Shown: positions 29,524 through 39,214, counted from the first letter of the stretch. The stretch: DNA of 64,000 nucleotides from an uncultured Gammaproteobacteria bacterium (GCA_964596525.1 CAZQUL010000001.1:1079723-1143722); one strand, 5' to 3'. The notes: a model not told the origin generated them from the letters alone. Translations and numbers: made by a program.

Positions 29524-30090
29524 TTATTTTGAGACCGGAGCGTAACGGAGCATCACGCCGCCCGTCGCGAGCGGACGCGCTTCAAGCAACGTGAGCTTCT
29601 GGTAATTCAATCCCTCATTGAAAAGCCGCCTCCCTTTGCCCAGCACGACTGGCGCCACGACGAGCCTATACTCATCAAACAGATTGGCATTCATGAGCGA
29701 CTCCGAGAGCATGCCGCTTCCGAATACGAACATGTTTCCACCACCCTCCTGTTTCAATTTCCGAATTTCGGCAAGTGCATCGCGTACGATCGTCGTATTG
29801 TTCCAGTCGGCACGCTCCAAGCTCGCCGAACACACGATCTTTTTTATCGCGTTCATGCTTTTGGCGGTTGTGCCTTCCGCGGCATCACCTTCGGCTTTGG
29901 ACCAATAGTCGGCCATGCCAGTGTAGGTATTCTTGCCAAAGACCAGCATGTCCGCCGAAGCGAGCTGCTCGTGGCTAAAATCTTCCAGTTCTTTGCCCCA
30001 CACGAGCTCGTGGAAGGAAAGATCCCAGGGTTTTTCTCCCTCGAAGCATCCGTCGAGAGTAATAACGTTCCACATGATGAGGTTTCGCAT
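29524..30090 (-). CDS. Dihydrofolate reductase/RibD C-terminal family protein
   Basis: ITLDG, FGKNTY, FGSG, DEYRLVVAPVVLGKGRRLF. Confidence 0.85.
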   Translation of the reverse strand: MRNLIMWNVITLDGCFEGEKPWDLSFHELVWGKELEDFSHEQLASADMLVFGKNTYTGMADYWSKAEGDAAEGTTAKSMNAIKKIVCSASLERADWNNTTIVRDALAEIRKLKQEGGGNMFVFGSGMLSESLMNANLFDEYRLVVAPVVLGKGRRLFNEGLNYQKLTLLEARPLATGGVMLRYAPVSK

Positions 30091-30142
30091 AGGGTTTATC
30101 TGCAAATATAGTAATTCACCAACCAGAGAAACGGTATATGCC

Positions 30143-30613
30143 TTAAAGGCGCGCAGCCTGAACAAGTGCTGCCTCGAGCTTATCCGGTTCATCGGTACCG
30201 ATGCGATAGATCTTACCGTTTTTCATGGTAAGCTCAAGCGCATCCAGGCCAGACACGCTGAAAATCCGCATTTTCTTGGGCCAGAACCACAGCTTTATGC
30301 CCCAGCCGTAGTACCATTTATTTCGTACTTTTTTAACGGTCGCTATGTCGCTGAGGGGAAATGTTGTGCGATAGATCCCCCAGCCAAAACGGATCTTCAA
30401 AACCTGCTCATCGACAGCTACGGTGAGCGTCGAAAAAGACGCAAGGACAATGAGAATGAATGTCATGAGGGCGGAGACGGCGAAGTTGACGCCGGAATCG
30501 TACGAAACCGGCTCGGTTCGGGCGGTGATTTGGAGCCAAGCGAAGAGTGCCAGAACGAGGAAGGTTATGAAGATGAGGAGGTAGCCGATTTGGGTGTGTT
30601 TGTAGGAGGGCAT
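30143..30613 (-). CDS. Membrane protein with bacterial PH-like domain
   Basis: YKHTQIG, 2 TM, YGWGIK, RIGTDEP. Confidence 0.7.
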   Translation of the reverse strand: MPSYKHTQIGYLLIFITFLVLALFAWLQITARTEPVSYDSGVNFAVSALMTFILIVLASFSTLTVAVDEQVLKIRFGWGIYRTTFPLSDIATVKKVRNKWYYGWGIKLWFWPKKMRIFSVSGLDALELTMKNGKIYRIGTDEPDKLEAALVQAARL

Positions 30614-30620
30614 ATAGTAG

Positions 30621-31676
30621 TTATCTTTTTTCAAGAATAGCGGCAATTTCATTTAGAAGTGTGTCTAAATTCGCTTGAAAGCTTATTTGTGTTTTTGTTA
30701 CTGCTAAAACTTTTTTACTTATTTGCGTATGGAGATAATCATCGCCTATTTTTTTTGCAGTTTCATTTAAGGGTCGCGCTATATCTTTGAAACTTTTAGT
30801 ACCATACTGAGCACAGACTTCCGCAAAACTTGTCTTTTGAAAAACTGGTGGTATATGATCAAGAATCGCGCGTTGCAACATCGCACAAGAATGATAGTTT
30901 TCCAAACTATAATTGTCATCCAGTTCATTGCAGAGAGCGATCAATCTGGTCAAGTCAAATTCCTTACTATCTATTCTACTGAGACGTAAAAGTGTGTACT
31001 TATCAATATAAGCAACTCTACCATCAGGTTGGCCTTTGAATTCCTGTTCTGCGCTTTTACTTTGAGCAAATATCTTATCAATGAGAAACAAAAAATCGTT
31101 CAACTGCTCTGTAGCACCTGCCATGAATAAGGCTGTGGCATCATAATATTTATGGGTAGGAATTATTATTCCAGCACTCATTGCATCACTATCCCTTGTC
31201 ATTATTTGCCTCTTCCAATACTGATTAAAAATATCAAGTTTTGTTTGTAGATTGAATTTTTCTATCTCCACCGCTGCATCTTTCGAAATGCTTGAAAATA
31301 AAATTATTGTCTGTTTTCTTAATTTCTCGAAGTGATCTACGATTAAATCAGCCTCTTTGTCTAAGTCTTCCGGTAAGATGCCGGAATCATTTTTAATTTT
31401 TTGTAGAACTTCTTCATCACTTTTTTCATACCATCCTTCTGGAATCCCGTGGATAAGCCCCCACTCAATACTGAATCGTTTGTTATACGGTGGTGTGTCA
31501 AAGTTTCCATAAAAGAAATGACAATGTCCAGCCAAATCCGATCCGCTCCATGAGTTATTGATCAAATTACATACTGCGGCGATCTTTTTTGCTGACTCTG
31601 CGGATCTAATAAGTCGATCTAGAAGATCCTTAACTCCGTTCTTAATTTTTTCAATTTCTTCTCCCATGCTATTCAT
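30621..31676 (-). CDS. Low-GC hypothetical protein, possible HEPN-like C-terminal domain
   Basis: 351-aa AT-rich ORF; C-domain MLQRAILDH...KKIGDDYLH. Confidence 0.65.
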   Translation of the reverse strand: MNSMGEEIEKIKNGVKDLLDRLIRSAESAKKIAAVCNLINNSWSGSDLAGHCHFFYGNFDTPPYNKRFSIEWGLIHGIPEGWYEKSDEEVLQKIKNDSGILPEDLDKEADLIVDHFEKLRKQTIILFSSISKDAAVEIEKFNLQTKLDIFNQYWKRQIMTRDSDAMSAGIIIPTHKYYDATALFMAGATEQLNDFLFLIDKIFAQSKSAEQEFKGQPDGRVAYIDKYTLLRLSRIDSKEFDLTRLIALCNELDDNYSLENYHSCAMLQRAILDHIPPVFQKTSFAEVCAQYGTKSFKDIARPLNETAKKIGDDYLHTQISKKVLAVTKTQISFQANLDTLLNEIAAILEKR

Positions 31677-31783
31677 ATTATTTCCAAAATCTTATTTTTT
31701 TCGATTCCACCCATTCAATAAATTTCAATCGTATCGGGCAATTATTCATTGTAATTGTGTAAATCGCAATTTCTTGTATAAAT

Positions 31784-32221
31784 CTACCTCCAATTCAACC
31801 CTGTTATCACCACCTGCAACACCGTCGCAAACGCCACCCACAGCAGATACGGAATATTAGCGTAAACAATCCACGCATAGGTCGGTGCGCCGGTTTCAAT
31901 ATGGAGCTTGAGACCAAACGAATACAAACCAACGAGCGCCCACACGAGCGTCGCAAGAACCAGCACGATATCTACCGAAGCGAGCAGGTTATTCTTGAGC
32001 CCAAACTGGAGCGGCGTAAAAGCGGCATTAAACACCAGATTGAGCGCAAACGGCAGCACCACTACCCACGGAATACGCCGGGTGAACGCGTGATAAAAGA
32101 CCATCCCAAACGTTACGGCGATAATCGCGTAGAGCACCGTCCACACCGGCCCAAACAGCCAACTCGGCGGCGCCCAGCTTGGTTTGATAAGCGTTTGATA
32201 CCAGGCGTAGGTTTCGTTCAT
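31784..32221 (-). CDS. tspO: TspO/MBR tryptophan-rich sensory protein
   Basis: WYQTLIKPSWAPPSWLFGPVWTVLY...PYLLWVAFA. Confidence 0.9.
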   Translation of the reverse strand: MNETYAWYQTLIKPSWAPPSWLFGPVWTVLYAIIAVTFGMVFYHAFTRRIPWVVVLPFALNLVFNAAFTPLQFGLKNNLLASVDIVLVLATLVWALVGLYSFGLKLHIETGAPTYAWIVYANIPYLLWVAFATVLQVVITGLNWR

Positions 32222-32335
32222 AGAACATTTTTTTGCTTTTATATCTGTAAGGTATCAAAAAAAGAGGCTGCAAACAACCTCTTTTTTTGCAAGAATGCAG
32301 TGCATGCGGCAGAAGCACTCAAGACGTGGTACTGC

Positions 32336-32761
32336 TTATTTTTTAGGATCAAACTCCACGGTCCACTCAATACCGTATTTGTCCCGAAACATTGCAAAGA
32401 AGGTACCCCACGGGCTTTCTCCCATCGGCATTTCTACTGTTCCGCCCGCGGAAAGTCCATTGAAAATCCGTTCTGCTTCTTCTTTGCTGTCTGCGGTAAC
32501 GGCGATCTTGGATCTATTTTCGTTCTCGCTCACACGGCCCATCGCTTCGGGCACATCATTGGCGATCAAGACATTGTTACCGATCGGTAGAACGATGCGC
32601 ATTATTTTATTCGCCTCTTTTTCGGGCACCGGAAATTCGGCGCTGGCGATGTCTTTGAAACGAGTGATGCCAGCGAATTCCCCGCCGAAAACGGATTTGT
32701 AGAAGGTAAACGCTTCTTCGGCGTTGCCATTGAAGTTGATGTAGGGGTTGATCGTTGGCAT
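32336..32761 (-). CDS. VOC family protein (PhnB-like)
   Basis: INPYINFNGNAEEAFTFYKSVFGG...DKYGIEW. Confidence 0.9.
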   Translation of the reverse strand: MPTINPYINFNGNAEEAFTFYKSVFGGEFAGITRFKDIASAEFPVPEKEANKIMRIVLPIGNNVLIANDVPEAMGRVSENENRSKIAVTADSKEEAERIFNGLSAGGTVEMPMGESPWGTFFAMFRDKYGIEWTVEFDPKK

Positions 32762-32802
32762 AGTGATCTAGGGTTAAATGATTTCCTAAGTTCTTCAATC
32801 TT

Positions 32803-33048
32803 TCAGAGAGGTGCTAAACGAATATGTTTTTTTACAAACGCTCGACCAGAGCCAGACTTAAGATATTTCTCAAAATTGAATGCGGTAATTTTATCTTGAA
32901 AAGCGAAGTAGGCAGCAAGCTTTACTGGCAGGCGTTTTACCGTAGCAGGCACGTTTCCTTGTTGATGACGGGCGAAGCGTTCGCGGAGATTAGATGTGCA
33001 GCCAACGTAGAAACCGTCTTTGCACTGAAGGAAATAGACGTAGTACAT
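32803..33048 (-). CDS. Stand-alone GIY-YIG nuclease
   Basis: YYVYFL..FYVGCT..RFARHQQG..FEKYLKSGSGR. Confidence 0.9.
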   Translation of the reverse strand: MYYVYFLQCKDGFYVGCTSNLRERFARHQQGNVPATVKRLPVKLAAYFAFQDKITAFNFEKYLKSGSGRAFVKKHIRLAPL

Positions 33049-33227
33049 ACGGTTCGCTGCCCTACGAGCTTCGGTCTGGCGCCATCAAAGCCAGTCTAAC
33101 GAGCACGAAACAATAGCGGATTTATCTCGCTGTAACCTCGCCTTTGATTCTAAAAAGCAAAGAAAATCGAAGGCATTATATTAGGATTGCCCGCCTTCGC
33201 TCCTACGGAGCTACGGCGAGGTGAAAG

Positions 33228-33314
33228 CGGAGAGTGCGAGATTCGAACTCGCGAGGGCTTTTGGCCCTACACGCTTTCCAAGCGTGCGCACTAGACCAAC
33301 TATGCGAACTCTCC
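33228..33314 (-). tRNA. tRNA-Ser(GGA), CCA not encoded
   Basis: Acceptor GGAGAGT/ACTCTCC, anticodon arm CACGC-TTGGAAA-GCGTG, long variable arm, GTTCGAATC T-loop, discriminator G. Confidence 0.95.
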
Positions 33315-33323
33315 AAGGTGTGC

Positions 33324-34112
33324 TTATTCCGGCTTTTGCGGCATGGCAGCCGAATGCAGCCCCTGTTTTTTACCAAAGATTAGAGAGCCTGTCAACGCGA
33401 CGATTACCGCCGCCATACCCCACTGGGCCGGAGTTAGCGACGCATACCGAGCGTCAACGACACGCAAGAAATCCAGACCAAAACGGAGGGTAGCGTAGGT
33501 CAGAATGGAAGCAGCAGCCACTAACCCCGCACGTTTGGCAGCGAACCGTGGAAACAAAGCCCAAAAAACTGCGAACAAAGCGAAGCCGAGCAATGATTCA
33601 TACAAACCAAGATCGTGGCGCGGACCGTCGGGAAAGCGCACCGCGAGCACGAAGTGGGAGAGTGTACCGGGATGGTCGTGGATAAGAAAACACCCGATAC
33701 GACCAATCCCCCACCCGAGCCACAGGCTCACAAGACCAACATCTAAGTACGGCAAGAAGGCATTGAAGGACATTTTTCGTCGCTTAAGCGCCAAAGCAGC
33801 CCCACACGCCGCACCAATAAAACCCCCGAGCGACGAAAACCCACCATGCCAAATAGCAATGATTTCGCGGGGATGCTCCAGGTAAAAGCCGAGGTCGTAG
33901 AAGACGATATGCCCAAGTCGGGCGCCCACAAACGCCCCAATGAGAACCGGAAGCGAGATGTCCAGGACAAGCTCTGGCTGAAGATTACGCCGCGCGCTTG
34001 CATATTTGGAAAACCAAAGCGCGAGAGCAATGCCAAGCGCAACGCACAGACCCCACACCTGGATTGTGAGCGGACCAAGACTGATCGTGGTGAAGGAAAA
34101 AAACGGGATCAT
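33324..34112 (-). CDS. lgt: Prolipoprotein diacylglyceryl transferase
   Basis: GARLGH, WHGGFSSLGG, IGRIGCF, LYES, RFGLDFLR. Confidence 0.9.
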   Translation of the reverse strand: MIPFFSFTTISLGPLTIQVWGLCVALGIALALWFSKYASARRNLQPELVLDISLPVLIGAFVGARLGHIVFYDLGFYLEHPREIIAIWHGGFSSLGGFIGAACGAALALKRRKMSFNAFLPYLDVGLVSLWLGWGIGRIGCFLIHDHPGTLSHFVLAVRFPDGPRHDLGLYESLLGFALFAVFWALFPRFAAKRAGLVAAASILTYATLRFGLDFLRVVDARYASLTPAQWGMAAVIVALTGSLIFGKKQGLHSAAMPQKPE

Positions 34113-34135
34113 ATGGGTGCACTGGCACTATGCGC

Positions 34136-35518
34136 TTAGTGGTTGTGATTATCGGCCACGCCATTCTTAAAACCTTTTTCGACCTCAACCATTATATCAA
34201 GCGGCGAATCGACCAGTTTGAAAAGCTCGATGTCTTCGGGAGCGATGGTTTTGAACTGATTGGCCATGTCTTCGATAAGATCGATAAGCGGCTTCCAAAA
34301 ATCGGTACCGTAAAGAATCACCGGCGTGCGCGGCATCTTGTGCGTCTGCTGCAGGGTAAGTACTTCAAACAAATGATGGAGCGTGCCGAAACCGCCAGGC
34401 AGACACACAAAGCCATGGGCCGGAGCAGTAAGGATGAGTTTGCGGATAAAAGGGAAGAAAAATGGCAGGTTCTTGGTGAGATGCGGAAATGTCTGGTTGT
34501 CGTTGCGGAAAAGAAGCGGAAAACCGACGGTCTCACCCCCGTGTTCGTGGGCACCCTTGGAAACAACCTCTTGCAGACCCGGGCCGCCACCCGTGATAGT
34601 CGTAATTTTGCGCTGGGCAAGAAGGGTGCCAATCTCATAGGCTGCGCTGTCATAGGACAGTTCGCCGGCTTTGGAGCTCGATGTGGCAAAAACCGTCACC
34701 TCGCGCGTGAGTTTGGTAAGGAACTCAAAGCCGTTAACAAGTTCGGCCATGATGCGGAAGATATTCCATTCGGTACCGATCTGACAGAAGGGACTGGCCG
34801 AGTCAATCGTACAGGCATTTTTTCGTTCCTCCAGATTTTTGACAAGCTCAAAAGCATCCTCGGCCGTTTCAACAATATGCCAACGGTCGATTTCTTCTTG
34901 GCTCACGGCACCAAGATTGGCCACCACTTCCTGACGAAGGAATTTTACGAGCGGTCCCCAGAAATCTCGGCCGATAAGGATTATCGGTGCGCGGTCCATC
35001 AGGCCGAGTTCCATGTAATCCACGACTTCAAAAAATTCATCAAAGGTGCCGAACCCACCCGGAAAGAAAAAGAAGGCATTAGCCGGGGCGGTGAGCATCA
35101 CTTTGCGGGTAAAAAAGTAGTAGAAACCGATAGAATCTACGACGTAGGGATTGACGCGCTGCTCAAAAGGTAACTGAATGTTAAGACCAAGTGATCGGCC
35201 ATGACCCTCGAAGGCACCGCGGTTGCCGGCTTCCATAATGCCCGGACCGCCACCGGTAATAACACTAAAACCCGCTTTGGCGAGCATCTTACCGAGCTTG
35301 CGGGCGGTGCGGTAGTACTTATTGTTCGAGGGCAGGCGCGCCGAACCCATGATGGTCACTTCTTTCTTGAGACCTTGCAAAAACTGATACCCTTCGACGA
35401 TTTCGGAGACAACGCGGAAAATGCGCCAACTGTCGCGGTAATTGACGAGCTCACCAGCGGCGTGCTCGAGCGAAAATTGTAACTCATCATCGACGATAAC
35501 GGTTTTTGACTCAGGCAT
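34136..35518 (-). CDS. LOG-family Rossmann-fold protein with two tandem LOG domains
   Basis: Two copies of WxIFR..E, TGGGPG, FFxRK, PGGFGT. Confidence 0.9.
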   Translation of the reverse strand: MPESKTVIVDDELQFSLEHAAGELVNYRDSWRIFRVVSEIVEGYQFLQGLKKEVTIMGSARLPSNNKYYRTARKLGKMLAKAGFSVITGGGPGIMEAGNRGAFEGHGRSLGLNIQLPFEQRVNPYVVDSIGFYYFFTRKVMLTAPANAFFFFPGGFGTFDEFFEVVDYMELGLMDRAPIILIGRDFWGPLVKFLRQEVVANLGAVSQEEIDRWHIVETAEDAFELVKNLEERKNACTIDSASPFCQIGTEWNIFRIMAELVNGFEFLTKLTREVTVFATSSSKAGELSYDSAAYEIGTLLAQRKITTITGGGPGLQEVVSKGAHEHGGETVGFPLLFRNDNQTFPHLTKNLPFFFPFIRKLILTAPAHGFVCLPGGFGTLHHLFEVLTLQQTHKMPRTPVILYGTDFWKPLIDLIEDMANQFKTIAPEDIELFKLVDSPLDIMVEVEKGFKNGVADNHNH

Positions 35519-35535
35519 AGAAAGATAAAAGAAAA

Positions 35536-36957
35536 TTATTCAAGAGCACGTGCGACGCGGAGCATGAGGTCTTCGCGCAGTCGCGGACCCATGACCTGCA
35601 TACCGATCGGGAGACCGGTTGAACTCATGCCCGCTGGCACAGACATGGCCGGCACACCAGCAAGGGCCGCCGGGCTCACCATGACATCGGCAACGTAGAG
35701 GTCGAGTGGGTTGGCCGATTTCTCCCCCACCCCGAAAGCCGGAAAAGGTGAAGTGGGGGTGAGGAGCGCATCGACGCGCGTGAACGCTTCGTCGAAATCG
35801 CGCTTGATGAGCGTACGCACGGCTTGGGCTTTTTTGTAGTACGCGTCATAGTAACCGGCCGAGAGCGCGTAGGTGCCAATGAGAATGCGGCGTTTTACTT
35901 CTTCGGGGAAGCCCTGGGCCCGAGAAAAAGCGTAGGTATCGTAGAGCGTGCGGGCTTCGCGGCGCGAACCGTAGCGGATACCGTCGAGCCGGGCCAAGTT
36001 GGAGCTGTCTTCGCTTGGTACCACGATGTAGTAGACGGCGACCGCATACTTGGTGTGTGGCATAGCCACTTCTTCGAGCGTGCAGCCGGCAGCGCGGAGT
36101 TTTTCTTGTGCGGCTTCGAAGGATTTTTTCACCTCTGGATGGAGTTCGGCGATGGTAAGATACTCGCGCGGTATGCCGACCTTGAGGCCCTGAGTGCCTT
36201 TTTTGAGCTCTTCGGTATATCGGGGTACGGCATCGGCAACAGTCGTGGCATCGCGCTCGTCGCGCCCGGCCATTACTTCAAGAAGGAGCGCAGCGTCTTC
36301 TACGGTGCGCGCAAGCGGACCGACCGTGTCGAGCGACGAAGCCATCGGCATGATGCCATAACGAGAGTTGCGGCCATAGCTTGGGCGCACACCCACGACG
36401 CCGCAAAAACTCGCTGGTTGGCGGATGGAACCGCCCGTGTCTTCCGCAATGGCAAAAAGACCCATACCGCTTGCCAAAGCAGCACCAGCACCACCAGATG
36501 AACCGCCGGCAACTTTTGTAACATCAAACGGGTTACGGACCGGACCGTACATGCTGTTTTCATTACTCGCACCATGGCCGAACGCGTCGCAGTTGCTTTT
36601 ACCCAAGAGTACAGCACCTTGAGCGCGGATTTTACCGATAACCGTAGCGTCGAACGGCGGGGTGTAGTCATCAAGGATGGTAGCAGCGCCGGTTGAGCGC
36701 ACATCAATCGTACAGATAGCGTCTTTGACGGTGTAAGGAATACCCAGCAGCGGATCGTTTGAACCTTCGGCCAAGCGTTTGTCGGCCTCTCGGGCAGCCG
36801 TACGAGCACCTTCTTCATCAATCGTGATGAGGGCGTTGAGTTCTGGATTGCGGGTTTTGGCAGCAGTTAAGCAGGCTTCAGCGAGTTCGACTGCGCTGAA
36901 TTCTTTGGCACGCAAACCGCGGGCCGCCTGCGCGCAAGAAAGAGTAGTAAGAGACAT
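35536..36957 (-). CDS. gatA: Asp/Glu-tRNA amidotransferase subunit A
   Basis: KD, GGSSGG, DTGGSIRQPA, SSLD, EVKRRILIGTYALSAGYYDAYY. Confidence 0.95.
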   Translation of the reverse strand: MSLTTLSCAQAARGLRAKEFSAVELAEACLTAAKTRNPELNALITIDEEGARTAAREADKRLAEGSNDPLLGIPYTVKDAICTIDVRSTGAATILDDYTPPFDATVIGKIRAQGAVLLGKSNCDAFGHGASNENSMYGPVRNPFDVTKVAGGSSGGAGAALASGMGLFAIAEDTGGSIRQPASFCGVVGVRPSYGRNSRYGIMPMASSLDTVGPLARTVEDAALLLEVMAGRDERDATTVADAVPRYTEELKKGTQGLKVGIPREYLTIAELHPEVKKSFEAAQEKLRAAGCTLEEVAMPHTKYAVAVYYIVVPSEDSSNLARLDGIRYGSRREARTLYDTYAFSRAQGFPEEVKRRILIGTYALSAGYYDAYYKKAQAVRTLIKRDFDEAFTRVDALLTPTSPFPAFGVGEKSANPLDLYVADVMVSPAALAGVPAMSVPAGMSSTGLPIGMQVMGPRLREDLMLRVARALE

Positions 36958-36965
36958 ACAGAAAA

Positions 36966-37268
36966 CTAAGTTTCGGAAGATTGCTCGAAAACGCCGGGAA
37001 CGACGAGTTCATTGCCATTGGTGAGAGGCATTTCTGCAATGAGTTTGGGAGCCGGAGCGCCAGAGCGGAGTTCATCGGGACGCGCAACGTTGATAAGACC
37101 GGTTACTTGGGCGGTCGGAGCAACGTTCGAGGTGTCCACTTCGTTCAGGATCGTCATATAATCGAGCACACTCGAGATAGTTTCGGCAAAGCGGACCTCT
37201 TCTTCGGGCGTAAGGTTGAGGCGTGACAACTGGGCGATTTTTTTGATTTCAGGCAAGGTAATTGGCAT
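36966..37268 (-). CDS. gatC: Asp/Glu-tRNA amidotransferase subunit C
   Basis: IAQLSRL...LNEVDTSNVAPT...RPD...VP; directly upstream of gatA. Confidence 0.9.
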   Translation of the reverse strand: MPITLPEIKKIAQLSRLNLTPEEEVRFAETISSVLDYMTILNEVDTSNVAPTAQVTGLINVARPDELRSGAPAPKLIAEMPLTNGNELVVPGVFEQSSET

Positions 37269-37319
37269 ACTATAGGCTATAGTATACGGTAAAGGGATTT
37301 AAACTAGCAATATTCTCGT

Positions 37320-37766
37320 ATGCATACTACCATATCCACTTCACACCACAAAACCGATACCGAGACGATCGGCGCACAGCTTGCTACTGAACTAGCTGAA
37401 GGTAGTATTCTAGCGCTGGAAGGCGACCTGGGGGCCGGAAAAACTACGCTAGTGCAGGGTTTGGCCAAAGGGCTCGGTATTGCAGGTGATATACCCAGCC
37501 CCACCTTTACACTCATGAACGTGCATACGTTACCCACACCCAAAAATGGCATCCGACAACTTGTACATATCGATGCTTACCGATTGGAGCGCGAAGAAGA
37601 GCTTGTGGCGATCGGCGTATACGACTATCTAGGGCAAGAAGGAACACTTACCGTTGTTGAATGGCCGGAAAAAGTGCCCGGTGTTCTGAAGGAATTTTCT
37701 GTCATCCGCGCACACATCACGGCACCCACGCCGACGGAACGGACGATTACCATCATGCATCCGTAA
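37320..37766 (+). CDS. tsaE: t6A biosynthesis ATPase
   Basis: GDLGAGKTT, SPTFTL, HIDAYRL, VEWP. Confidence 0.95.
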   Translation: MHTTISTSHHKTDTETIGAQLATELAEGSILALEGDLGAGKTTLVQGLAKGLGIAGDIPSPTFTLMNVHTLPTPKNGIRQLVHIDAYRLEREEELVAIGVYDYLGQEGTLTVVEWPEKVPGVLKEFSVIRAHITAPTPTERTITIMHP

Positions 37767-37814
37767 TTGCATCGAAACGACAACAGATTTATTTAGGAGC
37801 TTGTGAAAAACAGT

Positions 37815-37919
37815 GTCATTGCGAGAAGTGAGGAACGAACGACGAAGCAATCCCCTTGATTACACTGTGAACTCTGAATTATGAAGGGATTACTTCGTCG
37901 ACTTCCTCCTCGCAATGAC
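37815..37919. repeat. Long palindromic REP-like element, copy B
   Basis: GTCATTGCGAG...GACGAAGCAATCCC...GGGATTACTTCGTC...CTCGCAATGAC between convergent tsaE and rarA. Confidence 0.85.
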
Positions 37920-37932
37920 TTTTAAGCAGGCT

Positions 37933-39156
37933 TTACTTACCCAGATAATTAACCGAACCGAGCTCGGGCGGCACATAATCCTGATCGACCGGTTCATCAT
38001 AGTCGGGGTTGTATTTATAATCTTTGCCATAACCAATTTCTTTCATCAGCTTGGTGGGGGCATTGCGCAAGTGGAGCGGCACACCGAGATGCGAGGTACG
38101 GCGGGCATCGGCAGCCGCACGGCCGTAGGCGCGATAGAGAAGATTGGATTTGGCGGATTTGGCGCAGTACACCACGGCTTGGGCAAGATGCACCGAACAT
38201 TCCGGATAGCCGATTTTATGACACGCGTCGTAGGCGGCATTGGCTTGAACGAGCGCTTCGCTGTTGGCCATACCAATGTCTTCGGACGCGAAGCGGAGTA
38301 CGCGCCGGGCGATGTAGAGCGGATCAGCACCGCCTTCGAGCATGCGAGCGAGCCAATAGAGCGCAGCGCTCGGGTCGGAGCCGCGCATGCTTTTGTGGAG
38401 AGCGGAGATGAGATTATAAAATTCTTCGCCGCGCTTATCAAAGATGAGCGTGCTTTTCTGCAAGGCCTCTTTGGCAATGTCGGGCGTAATGATAACTTTT
38501 GCGCCTTTTTTAAAACTTTTGATGGCAATCTCGAGCGCGTTGAGAGCAGCGCGGGCATCGCCGCCGGATAATTCAGCGAGAAGCGCAAGAGGTTCGTCAT
38601 CGGCCGCAGGGGCAAGTTTACCAAAACCAGCAGCTTCGTCGGTGAGAGCGCGTTTGAGGATGGTAATAATATTATCGGTCGTGAGCGGTTTGAGCACCAC
38701 GACGCGCGAACGCGAAAGCAGAGCGCCAATGATTTCGAATGATGGGTTTTCCGTGGTGGCGCCAATAAGCGTGATTATCCCCTTCTCCACGTACGGCAAG
38801 AGCGCATCCTGCTGAGCCTTGCTCCAGCGGTGGATTTCGTCCACGAAGAGAATGGTTTTTTCTTTGTTTTTAAGCCGCTCTTCGGCCAGAGCGACAACCG
38901 TGCGCACTTCATCTTTGCCGCTCATGACAGCCGAGAGTTTTTCAAAATGAGCGCCCGAGGCCGTAGCGATGATTTCGGCAAGGGTGGTTTTGCCAACGCC
39001 CGGCGGACCCCAAAATATAAGCGAGGTAAGTTCGTTTTTATCGATAAGGCGGCGCAAAATAGTGCCTGGACCGATGATATCGGCATGACCGACCAGATCG
39101 GCAAGCGTGCGCGGGCGCAGACGGTCTGCAAGCGGTTGAGAAGATGAAGTAGACAT
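37933..39156 (-). CDS. rarA: Replication-associated recombination protein A (MgsA)
   Basis: PLADRLRP, WGPPGVGKTT, DEIHR, GATTENP, ISALHKSMRGSD, ASEDIG, VPLHLRNAPT. Confidence 0.95.
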   Translation of the reverse strand: MSTSSSQPLADRLRPRTLADLVGHADIIGPGTILRRLIDKNELTSLIFWGPPGVGKTTLAEIIATASGAHFEKLSAVMSGKDEVRTVVALAEERLKNKEKTILFVDEIHRWSKAQQDALLPYVEKGIITLIGATTENPSFEIIGALLSRSRVVVLKPLTTDNIITILKRALTDEAAGFGKLAPAADDEPLALLAELSGGDARAALNALEIAIKSFKKGAKVIITPDIAKEALQKSTLIFDKRGEEFYNLISALHKSMRGSDPSAALYWLARMLEGGADPLYIARRVLRFASEDIGMANSEALVQANAAYDACHKIGYPECSVHLAQAVVYCAKSAKSNLLYRAYGRAAADARRTSHLGVPLHLRNAPTKLMKEIGYGKDYKYNPDYDEPVDQDYVPPELGSVNYLGK

Positions 39157-39214
39157 ACGAAGAGTTGACAACGTTTGAAGGGGGTGTTTAGGTGTGCCGG
39201 GAGGTACCAACCAC

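Noticed and set aside
27418-32761. Integron cassette array
   Set aside because: Several intergenic gaps are under 10 bp, and no attC-like sites or integrase were seen.
34130-35173. 347-aa plus-strand ORF
   Set aside because: Antisense shadow of the LOG gene.
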